A DNA stretch of 47,546 nt, taken from Chloroflexota bacterium. Lineage in GTDB: Bacteria > Chloroflexota > Dehalococcoidia > Dehalococcoidales > JAFGLR01. Shown here one piece after another: positions 25,032 to 33,674 of the stretch (positions within the stretch are counted from its first letter, which is position 1; each line of letters begins with the position of its first letter). A model generated the notes under the pieces. It worked only from the letters and a program-made list of their open reading frames with translations, was not told the origin of the DNA and made no database searches. Location of the stretch: assembly GCA_016210585.1 (NCBI GenBank), contig JACQTX010000044.1:1-47546 (forward strand), written 5' to 3'. Both the position numbers and the translations under genes were made by a program.

Positions 25032-25583
25032 CTACGGCGTGAAGAACTCCCACTGGCAGCATATCTCATCGGGGCTCTGGCGGGGCGGCCTCTTCAGAAT
25101 CCGGGTCTCTATCTTCGGGCCGACCAGCCGGGCGTAGAGCTGGAATATTAGCGGGTCAACCGTGCCGCAGATGTCCTTGATACGCACACCGCCCTCTCTC
25201 TCCAGGGCCTCCAGTGTGCCGCATTTCTTGATAGTCAGAATGCCGTGATTCGGATTGGACAGACTGGTATCCAGGTCCATCCCGCCGAAGAGGGGGTCTA
25301 GCTGGATGAGCTTCATCAGCGTGGCCACGTCATGGCCATGAATGTCCATGGCGCGGCGCATCTGCTTCATCTCGTAGGCCACCATCTTCTGCCAGGCCTC
25401 TATATCAATAGCCACCGCCTGCTCGTTGCTGACATGGTCGCGCACCCCCAGATACCAGAAGGCGTCAATCACCAGGTAAAACCTGGCGTAGAGGCGCAGC
25501 AGCTTGACCAGTGTCTCTTTGGAGAAGTCCTCCAGCTTAAGGTCCGGCTGGTAAGCTCCGCTGTAATCGTTCCGTTCCGCCAT
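25032..25583 (-). CDS. hypothetical protein (possibly DUF6125 / ATC-hydrolase-like helical protein)
   Basis: I prefer ATG 25583, which follows AGGAGG with a 5-nt spacer, over the track start at 25628. 183 aa, with a C-terminal CCQWEF motif. The family call is from memory only. Confidence 0.5.
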   Translation of the reverse strand: MAERNDYSGAYQPDLKLEDFSKETLVKLLRLYARFYLVIDAFWYLGVRDHVSNEQAVAIDIEAWQKMVAYEMKQMRRAMDIHGHDVATLMKLIQLDPLFGGMDLDTSLSNPNHGILTIKKCGTLEALEREGGVRIKDICGTVDPLIFQLYARLVGPKIETRILKRPPRQSPDEICCQWEFFTP

Positions 25584-25687
25584 CAGACCTCCTGCATGTG
25601 ACCGCTCGAATGAAAATGACCGTTTCATATTAGCATATCGGGCAGAGGGACGCCAAGAGAGACTGTGCCTTAGGGCGAGGCTCTCAA

Positions 25688-25765
25688 AAATCCCCCTTGC
25701 TCCCCCTTTTGCAAAGGGGGAAATCTGGCTCTCTCCCTTTCATAAAGGGAGATTAAGAGGGATTT
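25688..25765. repeat. nested-hairpin intergenic repeat
   Basis: An outer aaatccc / gggattt pair encloses two 9-bp hairpins: tcccccttt / aaaggggga (25701-25721) and tctcccttt / aaagggaga (25732-25752). Confidence 0.55.
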
Positions 25766-25774
25766 CGCCTTTCT

Positions 25775-26140
25775 TTATTTCGTCTCGCCCAGCACAAAGG
25801 CTATGGCATGCGACTTCGAGTGGGAGAGGCTGATGGCAAGTCCGCTAAGCCCCAGCCGCGCGGCTTGTGCCTGTGCCCGGCCGTAGAGACGGACAGTAGG
25901 CTTTCCTGACGCGTCGGCCAGGACTTCAATCTCCCGCCAGCGGACGCCGGTGAAGGGCGTGCCCAGGGCCTTCATGACGGCCTCTTTGGCAGCGAAGCGG
26001 GCGGCCAGGGAGAAGGTGTCCTTGCCGTAAGCCTCAAGCTCAGCATCGGTGTATATCCGCTGGAGGAACCGGTCTCCCCAGCGGGCAATGGCCTCCGCCA
26101 CGCGGGCTATCTCGATTATGTCAACACCAACATGATGCAA
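25775..26140 (-). CDS. acpS: holo-[acyl-carrier-protein] synthase
   Basis: 121 aa. GVDIIEIARV, FAAKEAVMKALG and SLSHS blocks typical of AcpS. TTG start preceded by GAGGGT. Confidence 0.85.
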   Translation of the reverse strand: MHHVGVDIIEIARVAEAIARWGDRFLQRIYTDAELEAYGKDTFSLAARFAAKEAVMKALGTPFTGVRWREIEVLADASGKPTVRLYGRAQAQAARLGLSGLAISLSHSKSHAIAFVLGETK

Positions 26141-26218
26141 CGTCTTACCCTCAATGCTCCTATTTTACTAATATGGACATCATAAGTGAAGTGGCATCAC
26201 CCCGAAAATAGCCCCATT

Positions 26219-26292
26219 GTCATTCTGGCGGAGGCCAGAATCCAGTCTGCACCCCATCCCCACCTCTGGATTCCAGCCTGCGCTGGAATGAC
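26219..26292. repeat. palindromic intergenic repeat
   Basis: The arms gtcattctggcggaggccagaatccag (26219-26245) and ctggattccagcctgcgctggaatgac (26266-26292) are imperfect reverse complements. Related ctggattccgg / ccggaatgga arms occur at 18169-18250. Confidence 0.55.
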
Positions 26293-26351
26293 ACATCAGG
26301 CGAGTGGGAATGTTATTTCCGGAGAACGCTCACCTATCTCCTGAATCCCCA

Positions 26352-26380
26352 TTGACAAGACACCGGAACTGATTTACAGT
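26352..26380 (+). promoter_or_regulatory. sigma70-type promoter candidate for the DUF262 gene
   Basis: TTGACA (26352-26357), 17-nt spacer, TACAGT (26375-26380). Confidence 0.4.
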
Positions 26381-26429
26381 ATCTATGCGTAAAGGCGGCC
26401 AAGTCGAGACTCTTTTCAGGGGGTGTGCT

Positions 26430-27800
26430 ATGGCAAAAATGGAAGACTGGGAGAGTGATGACTCAATAGAACAGGACAATACACCTGTTGACGTTCCGAT
26501 AGAATATAGAAACATTAACGCTAGGGATGACAAAATAAGCTTAGAGGAACTTTGGGAACGTTACAAGAAAGGCAATCTGGTTTTGGAGCCTGACTTCCAG
26601 CGCCATTACGTATGGGACGACAACAGAGCGAGTCGCTATGTAGAATCTTTGCTTCTAGGGCTACCTACTCCGCCAATTTTTATAGCTGAAGAAACCGGCG
26701 GTGAGTGGACAGTTATAGACGGACATCAAAGATTGGGGACTATCTTCCGTTTTATGAAGCCGTTATTAAAAGGCCCATCAGAAGTGGCACACGTAAATAT
26801 CCCTTTCGCCAGTCTCTCACCCCTAATTTTGAAGAATCTCGAAGTTATGTCCGCTGAGTTGAACGGGCATGATATCCAAGGGTTATCGCCAGATGGTAGA
26901 GAGCGGTTATGGAAAACTCAGCTCTCAATAGTTTTGCTTCCCAAAACGGCTCATTCAAAAATGAAATATGTCATGTTTGCGAGATTGAATCTTGGTTCAA
27001 TGAGCTTGAATAATCAGGAACTTAGAAACTGTCTATACCGAGGCAAGTATAATGATTTTATAGCTAAATTGAGCGAAGCACAGCAATTTCTCAAATTGTG
27101 GGGAAAGAACTTTCCGGACAAAAGAATGAGACATAGAGAGTTAGTATTACGTTTCTTCGCATTTCTACACATGAGGGAAAACTACGAACCCCCTTATAGG
27201 ACGTTCCTCAATAGAGAGCTGGAGGAGAATCAAACCATAACGCAAGAAAGACTCTCTCATTACCATTCGCAATTTGACGCTGCAATCAAGTGGGTCGATA
27301 ATATTCTTGTCAAAGAAGCTTTCAGACAGTTTCGTATCGGGGACGAGATAAATCATTCAGGTCGTTGGGTAGCAAAGCGTTATGAACTTGTCTACGAATT
27401 TCAAGCGGTTGGTTTTGCTCAATTCGGTAGCTTACTTGATAATATTTGGGGTAGCATTACCCCCACTGAACAAGACCTGCTACGATTGGTTATCAGGAAT
27501 CGGCTAGTTTCTATTATGGCAACAGACCACTTTGTGGCTAGTATAAAGGAAGGCACTACGAAACCAAGCTCCATAGAGTCTAGGTTTGAACCATGGATTC
27601 AAGTTCTTGAACAAACTACGGGAGATGTCAAGAGGACGCTCGAGTTTGGCAGAACGTTGCATACGGCAATAACTCAAAGCAATATATGTGCTTGGTGTCC
27701 AGTTCAAGTATTACCTGAAGAAGCCGTCCTGGTAACTCTGAACAATAACTACAAGGTAGCACACCGATATTGCCAAAAAGTGCACCAGTCGTTCAAATAA
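26430..27800 (+). CDS. DUF262 (ParB-like nuclease/NTPase, GmrSD N-terminal type) domain protein
   Basis: I prefer ATG 26430 after AGGGGG. It has DFQRHYVW, IDGHQRLGTI and FARLNLGSMSLNNQELRNC blocks. The roughly 200-aa C-terminal part is unrecognised and ends CAWCP...HRYC. GC is about 35-42% in hand-counted samples, against about 60% in neighbouring genes. Confidence 0.8.
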   Translation: MAKMEDWESDDSIEQDNTPVDVPIEYRNINARDDKISLEELWERYKKGNLVLEPDFQRHYVWDDNRASRYVESLLLGLPTPPIFIAEETGGEWTVIDGHQRLGTIFRFMKPLLKGPSEVAHVNIPFASLSPLILKNLEVMSAELNGHDIQGLSPDGRERLWKTQLSIVLLPKTAHSKMKYVMFARLNLGSMSLNNQELRNCLYRGKYNDFIAKLSEAQQFLKLWGKNFPDKRMRHRELVLRFFAFLHMRENYEPPYRTFLNRELEENQTITQERLSHYHSQFDAAIKWVDNILVKEAFRQFRIGDEINHSGRWVAKRYELVYEFQAVGFAQFGSLLDNIWGSITPTEQDLLRLVIRNRLVSIMATDHFVASIKEGTTKPSSIESRFEPWIQVLEQTTGDVKRTLEFGRTLHTAITQSNICAWCPVQVLPEEAVLVTLNNNYKVAHRYCQKVHQSFK

Positions 27801-27892
27801 CTACCATGTCATCAGCGATTCGTTGGCAATCTAAAATGATGATGATAATGCGTAGATAACCCTTTACCTAAGTTCTCTACTTCTTCAAGTGT

Positions 27893-30574
27893 CTACACGG
27901 CAACCGATTGTTTCAGTTTCTCCACCCTTACCGCGCAGACCTTAAGCTCGGGGATTTTGGCTACCGGGTCAAGGGCGGGGCTGGTGAGACGGTTGGCGGG
28001 ACTTTCGGCGAAGTGGAAGGTCATGAAGACCACGCCCGGCGGGGTAGTAGCCGTCAGCTTTGCCCTGGCCGCTACCGTATCACGGCGAGAGGTTATCCGG
28101 ACGGTGTCACCGTCCGCGATGCCCAGTGCCGCAGCATCAGCCGGATTGATTTCGACAAGCTCTTCGCCCATGAACTTATTCAGCCCACCGACCTTCCGGC
28201 TCATGGTGCCGGTGTGGAACTGGAACAGGCTGCGGCCCGTGGTCAGAATGAGAGGATACTCCGCGTCGGGAAGCTCTTGCGGCGGCTTATACTTCAGAGG
28301 TAGGAACTGGCCTTTGCCACGCGTGAACTGGGCCGTATGCAGGATGGGTGTCCCCGGGTGTTTCTCGTCCGGACAAGGCCAGGTCAGACCGCCTGTCTCC
28401 AGCCGGTCGTAGGTAATGCCGCCATAGCTCGGCGTGACGCGGGCAATCTCGGCCATAATCTGGGCCGGGCTGGCAAAGTCAAAGCCCTTGCCGCCCATCC
28501 GCCGGGCAATCTCGCAGGCAATCCACCAGTCTGAACGGGCTTCGCCAACCGGCGCCAGGGCTTGCCTGACCCGCTGCACGCGGCGCTCGGTATTGGTAAA
28601 GGTGCCTTCCTTCTCGGCAAAGGAGACGCCAGGTAAGATAACATCGGCTAATTGTGCCGTCTCCGTCAGGAAAATGTCCTGCACCACAAGGAAGTCCAGC
28701 TTCTCCAGTGCCTTTCTCACATGGCTGGCATCCGGGTCGGAGAGCACCGGGTTTTCGCCGATAAGGTAGACCGCCTTTATCTTGCCCTGGTGGGCGGCAT
28801 CCATAATCTCGGTCAGTGTCAGTCCCGGCTTGTCATCCAGGGTGACGCCCCAGGCGGATTCAAACTTGGCCTTGACGGCCGGGTTGCTCACCGCCTGATA
28901 GCCGGAATAGACATTGGGCAGGGCACCCATATCGCAGGCACCCTGGACATTGTTCTGGCCACGCAGGGGATTAACGCCGGACGAGGGCTTACCCACGTTG
29001 CCGGTGAGCATCGCCAGGTTGGCGATAGCCATGACATTGTCCGTGCCATGCGAGTGCTGGGTAATACCCATGGCGTAGATGATGGACGCCGGGCGGGTGG
29101 TAGCGTAGAGCCGCGCCGCCTCCACTATCTTTGCGACGGGAACGCCCGTAATCTGTGCCACAGAGTCCAGGTCAAAGTCCTTGAGCGATTCCCGGAAGGC
29201 AGCGAAGTTCTCGCCGCGTTGCTCAATAAAAGCTTGGTCAAGCAGTCCTTCAGCAACGATAACCCGCGCCATGCCCATCAGCAGGGCAACATCGCTGCCC
29301 GGGTTCTGCTGGAGCCAGATGTCAGCATAGCGCACCAGCTCAATCTCACGGGGGTTGGCCACGATGAGCTTATTGCCCTTGCGTGTAGCCTGCTTGACGA
29401 TGAAGCCAATCACCGGGTGAGCCGCCGTCGTGTTGGAGCCGATGGCTAAGATACAGGCGGCATCCTTCAGCTCCCCTATCGAGTTAGTCATGGCCCCACT
29501 ACCAAAGCTTTGCGCCAGACCGGCGACAGTGGGGGCATGTCAAAGCCGGGCACAGTGGTCAACGTTGTTCGTGCCGAGAACAGCGCGGGCCAGCTTCTGA
29601 AAGACGTAGTTCTCTTCGTTGGTGCACTTGGCAGAGGTGATGACGGCGACCTCGCCTTTCTGGTAGCTGGCCAGCTTGCGGGCAACGAGGTCAAGGGCCT
29701 CATCCCAGCTAACTTTTTTCAGCTCACCATCCCGGCGCACCAGGGGCGCGGTCAGCCGGTCGGGATGGCTGACGAACTCACCGATGCCGTAGCGGCCTTT
29801 CACACACAGCCAGCCCTTATTGGGACTGTCCTCACGCTTGCCGCGCACGCTCACGATTTCGTGACCACGAATGCCTAGGGACATCTGGCAGCCCACGCCG
29901 CAGTAGGGACAGGTTGTCAGGACCTCACGGGTGGGGCGGCGGGACTCCTTGGGTGCCAGGGCACCGGTAGGACAATGGGCGACGCACTCGCCGCAGGACT
30001 TGCAGATGGAGCTAATCATAAGCTGGTCACCGAAGGTGGCCACCTTGCTCTGGTAGCCGCGGTAGGCCAGGTCAATAGCCCCGACACAGGTGATTTCATT
30101 GCAGGCGCGCACGCAGCGGGCACAGAGAATGCAACGGTTGCGGTCAAGGTCAAAGAAGGGGTTGCTGTCATCCACCGGGAAAGTCCGGGTGGTCTTGGGA
30201 TAGGGCAACCTGGTAATACCGAGGTAAGCCGCCACCTTCTGTAGCTCACAGCGCTGGTTCTGCGGACAGGTCAGACATTCGCTATAGTGGTCAGCACAAA
30301 GCAGCTCAACGGCGGCACGGCGGACATCGTTGGCCGCCGGCGTATCCGTATGGACAACCATGCCTTCCGTGGCCGGCGTAGTGCAAGAGGTGGGCAGGCC
30401 ACGCATCTTCTCAATCTCAACCACGCAGAGACGGCAACCGCCGTAAGGCTCCAGGTCAGGGTCATGGCAAAGGGTGGGGATATAGACGCCGGCGGCCTGG
30501 GCCGCCTCGAGCACCGTGGCCCCTTTCTTAACCTTGACCTCTCGCCCGTCAACAGTCAGTCTTATCTCGTCCAA
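27893..30574 (-). CDS. fdhA: selenocysteine-containing formate dehydrogenase alpha subunit (NAD-linked FdhA type), 893 aa with in-frame UGA
   Basis: Track ORFs 29540..30574 and 27893..29491 are in the same frame, separated only by TGA (plus-strand TCA at 29540-29542). Read-through gives [26 protein letters not shown], the canonical FdhH/FdhA active-site block. NPLRGQNNVQGACDMG is also present. TTG start at 30574 after AGGAGG. Confidence 0.85.
29494..29542 (-). promoter_or_regulatory. UGA (Sec) codon plus bacterial SECIS-like hairpin
   Basis: mRNA: UGA CAU GCC CCC ACU GUC GCC GGU CUG GCG CAA AGC UUU GGU AGU GGG G. A CGCC/GGCG stem with a GGUCU loop starts 18 nt after the UGA, the same spacing and GGUC loop as I recall for E. 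coli fdhF. It is nested in a 7-bp CCCCACU/AGUGGGG stem. Confidence 0.6.
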
Positions 30575-30583
30575 AATGGCCTC

Positions 30584-33500
30584 CTATTCATGCTCCTCAA
30601 GGTCACAACGCAAGCAGCGCCTCGCCTCTTCTGCCGCCAGCTCCGCGGTCAGGCCAAGCTCAACCGTGGCAAAGCTGCAAAGGCGCTGGCCAAGCGGCAG
30701 CACGGGCATGACAGGCCGGCGTTTCTCACCCGCCTCCTCAAGCGGCTTAAGCTCGCCTTCGGGCGGCGCCAGCTTCTCATCAATCTCACCCTTGCCGCCG
30801 AGGGACTTGTCTATCGAAATAGCCGCCTGTCGGCCGGCGGCAATGGCCTCAATGACCGAAGCCGGCCCGGTGACGGCATCACCCCCGGCGAAGATACCAG
30901 CTTTACCGGTCGCCAGCGTATCCAGATCAACCTTAATGGTATTGCCGCCGCCAGTGGTCAATTCTCCGGGAACTTCCGGCTGCTGTCCTATAGCCGCTAT
31001 TACGGTATCGAAGACAAGAGAGAACTCACTGCCCTTTACTGCCACCGGGCGCCGCCGTCCCGAAGTGTCAACATCACCCAGGGCCATATGGACGCACTCC
31101 AATTGCACCTGCTTGCCTTGCTGGGCTATCTTCGTCGGTGCTGACAGGAAAAGGACTTGGACGCCCTCGGCCAGGGCGTCTTCAATCTCCTCATCGCTGG
31201 CCGGCATCTCGGCACGGGTGCGCCGGTAAATCATAGTGACTTCCGCAGCGCCAAGACGCAGTGCCGTGCGCGCCGCATCAATGGCAGCATTGCCGCCACC
31301 AATAACCGCTACCTTATCGCCCACAGCTACCGTGTGGCCGAGGTTAACTTCTCTCAGGAACGATACGCAATCTATTACCTGCGGGCTGTCTTCGCCGGGG
31401 ATGCCCAGCTTGAGACCGCGGTGCGCCCCTACGGCCAGGAAGACCGCCTGGTAGCCTTGCGCCAGCAGGCTCTCCGGATTCTCAATGCGAGTGTTCGTCT
31501 TTATCTTGACGCCGGCGTTCTCTATTTCCGCAATCTCCGCGCCCAGCATGTCCTTGGGCAGGCGGTAATCGGGGATGCCCACCTTCATCATGCCGCCCGG
31601 CTCCGGCAGTGCCTCAAAGACCGTCACGGAATGCCCCAGCCTGGCCAGGTAGTAAGCCGCTGTCAGGCCGGCCGGGCCTGAGCCGACCACCGCCACCTGT
31701 TTGCCGGTGGGCGGCGCCGCCTTGACGCCCTGCTTCCACAGCCCGTTGCCAAACTCGGCGGCAAACCGCTTGAGCATACGGATGCCGACGGCCTCATCAA
31801 GCTGGCCGCGGCGGCACTTCGTCTCGCAGGGATGGACGCAGACATAGCCACAGACCGAGGGGAAGGGTATCTTCTCCCGGATGACAGCTACCGACTCATC
31901 CGGCTTGCCCGCTTCGATGAAGCGGATATAGCGCGGCACATCAATGCCCGCCGGGCAGGTATGGCTACAGGGTGCCCTGACCAGGCCGGAACACACCGCG
32001 GCCGCGCAGTGATGTTTCTTAATGTGCTCCTCATATTCGTTCCGGAAGTAGCGCAGGCTGGAGAGCACGGGATTGGGTGCCGTCTGCCCCAGGCCACAGA
32101 GGGAGCCGATCTTGACCTGTTTGCCCAGGTCTTCCAGCAATGCAATGTCCTCCGGCGTGCCCTGGCCGCGGGCGATTTTCCCCAGCGTATCCATTATCTG
32201 CTTGGTGCCCAGCCGGCACATGACGCATTTGCCGCAGGACTCGGACTGGGTGAACGAGATGAAGTAGCGGGCGAAGTCCACCATGCAGGTGTCCTCATCC
32301 AGGACCACCATGCCGCCGGAGCCCATGATGGAGCCGGCCTCGGTGAGCGACTCGTAGTCAACGGATAAGTCCAGGCGGCTGGCCGGGATACAGCCCCCGG
32401 AGGGGCCACCCGTCTGGACGCCCTTCAGCCGCTTGCCGCCGGCCACGCCATCGCCGATATCATAGATAATCTCTTTCAAAGTGATGCCGATGGGCACCTC
32501 GATGAGCTGGGGCTTATTGACCTTGCCCACCAAAGAGAAGGTCTTGGTGCCCTTGCTGCGCGCTGAGCCGTAGCAGGCAAACCACTCGGCGCTGTTGTGC
32601 AGAATGGCCGCCACGGCGGCCCACGTCTCGGTGTTGTTGATGTTGGTCGGTTTGCCCCACAGCCCGGCCTGGGCCGGGAAGGGTGGGCGGGGACGGGGCA
32701 TACCCCGTTTCCCCTCGATGGAGGCCATCAGCGCCGTCTCCTCGCCGCAGACAAAGGCCCCGGCGCCTTCTTTGATTTTAATGTGGAAGCTGAAACCACT
32801 GCCCAGTATGTTGTCACCGATGAAGCCATACTCCGTCGCCTGCTGAAGCGCCAGCTTCAACCGCTCAATGGCCAAGGGGTATTCGGCACGGATATAGACA
32901 TAGCCCTCGGTCGCCCCGATAGCATAGGCCCCGATGAGCATCCCCTCCAGCACAGAGTGGGGGTCGCCCTCGATGAGCGAGCGGTTCATAAAGGCGCCAG
33001 GGTCGCCCTCATCAGCGTTGCAGACGATGTATTTGATCTTGCCAGGCGATTGCCGGCAAAGCTCCCACTTGGTCCCGGTAGGGAAGCCGGCGCCGCCGCG
33101 CCCGCGCAGGCCTGATTTCTTTATCTCCTGGATAACACCCTCCGGCGTCATCTTGAGCGTCTTGACCAGCCCGCCGTAGCCGCCGCGGGCGATGTAGTGG
33201 TCAAGCTTTTCCGGGTCAATAAAGCCGCAGTTGCGCAGGATAATACGCACCTGGGGCTTCAGCATGGGTAGCTCGAAGAAATTGGAGATACCAGCCACGC
33301 TGCCTTCGCCCATACTGCCCAGTGCCAGGTCCGGCTGCGGGTTGTCTTTGATAAGGTAGTCCTCGATGAGGTGGGCTGCTATTTCCGGGGTTACATTGCT
33401 GTAGCAGATGCGGGGGCGGCCTGGCTTTACTATGTCCAGCAAAGGCTCGGCGTAGCACAGGCCGATACAGCCGGTCTGCATGATAATGGCGTCAAGCTGG

Positions 33501-33655
33501 TGCCGCTCCAGCTCCGCCTTGACCCTGTCCAGCACATGAAGTGCCCCCGAGGCCCGTCCGCACGTAGCCGCCCCAACGATAATGCGGGGCTTATCCGTGT
33601 TTTCCAGTGCCGCCCACTCCGTCAGGGCACGGTCCTTAATCTCTTCAAAAGTCAC
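30584..33655 (-). CDS. NuoF-like FMN/NAD(H) subunit fused to a GltD/NfnB-like FAD/NAD(P)H oxidoreductase (1023 aa)
   Basis: The N-terminal two-thirds carry GLRGRGGAGFPTGTKW, CNADEGDPGAF, GAGAFVCGEETAL, ESCGKCVMCRLG and LCGLGQTAPNPV. The C-terminal third has a GltD-type Fe-S region (CPAGIDVPRYI...VCGYVCVHPCETKC) and two Rossmann motifs (VAVVGSGPAGLTAAYYLA, VAVIGGGNAAIDAART). Confidence 0.85.
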   Translation of the reverse strand: MTFEEIKDRALTEWAALENTDKPRIIVGAATCGRASGALHVLDRVKAELERHQLDAIIMQTGCIGLCYAEPLLDIVKPGRPRICYSNVTPEIAAHLIEDYLIKDNPQPDLALGSMGEGSVAGISNFFELPMLKPQVRIILRNCGFIDPEKLDHYIARGGYGGLVKTLKMTPEGVIQEIKKSGLRGRGGAGFPTGTKWELCRQSPGKIKYIVCNADEGDPGAFMNRSLIEGDPHSVLEGMLIGAYAIGATEGYVYIRAEYPLAIERLKLALQQATEYGFIGDNILGSGFSFHIKIKEGAGAFVCGEETALMASIEGKRGMPRPRPPFPAQAGLWGKPTNINNTETWAAVAAILHNSAEWFACYGSARSKGTKTFSLVGKVNKPQLIEVPIGITLKEIIYDIGDGVAGGKRLKGVQTGGPSGGCIPASRLDLSVDYESLTEAGSIMGSGGMVVLDEDTCMVDFARYFISFTQSESCGKCVMCRLGTKQIMDTLGKIARGQGTPEDIALLEDLGKQVKIGSLCGLGQTAPNPVLSSLRYFRNEYEEHIKKHHCAAAVCSGLVRAPCSHTCPAGIDVPRYIRFIEAGKPDESVAVIREKIPFPSVCGYVCVHPCETKCRRGQLDEAVGIRMLKRFAAEFGNGLWKQGVKAAPPTGKQVAVVGSGPAGLTAAYYLARLGHSVTVFEALPEPGGMMKVGIPDYRLPKDMLGAEIAEIENAGVKIKTNTRIENPESLLAQGYQAVFLAVGAHRGLKLGIPGEDSPQVIDCVSFLREVNLGHTVAVGDKVAVIGGGNAAIDAARTALRLGAAEVTMIYRRTRAEMPASDEEIEDALAEGVQVLFLSAPTKIAQQGKQVQLECVHMALGDVDTSGRRRPVAVKGSEFSLVFDTVIAAIGQQPEVPGELTTGGGNTIKVDLDTLATGKAGIFAGGDAVTGPASVIEAIAAGRQAAISIDKSLGGKGEIDEKLAPPEGELKPLEEAGEKRRPVMPVLPLGQRLCSFATVELGLTAELAAEEARRCLRCDLEEHE

Positions 33656-33674
33656 GTTTATACCTCAATTACCT

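Noticed and set aside
24724-25137. Three mutually overlapping ORFs (24724..25062-, 24754..25137+, 24786..25031-) in the gap after the FmdB-like gene.
   Set aside because: All three are translations of the palindromic MITE-like repeat. One runs into the 3' end of the 25032-25583 gene. Open frames on both strands are expected for such palindromes.
27893-30574. Two adjacent FDH ORFs (27893..29491 and 29540..30574) read as a gene disrupted by a nonsense mutation, i.e. a pseudogene.
   Set aside because: The interrupting codon is TGA exactly at the Sec/Cys active-site position. The frame is preserved, the intervening 16 codons are canonical FdhA sequence, and a SECIS-like hairpin follows. Selenocysteine recoding is the better explanation.
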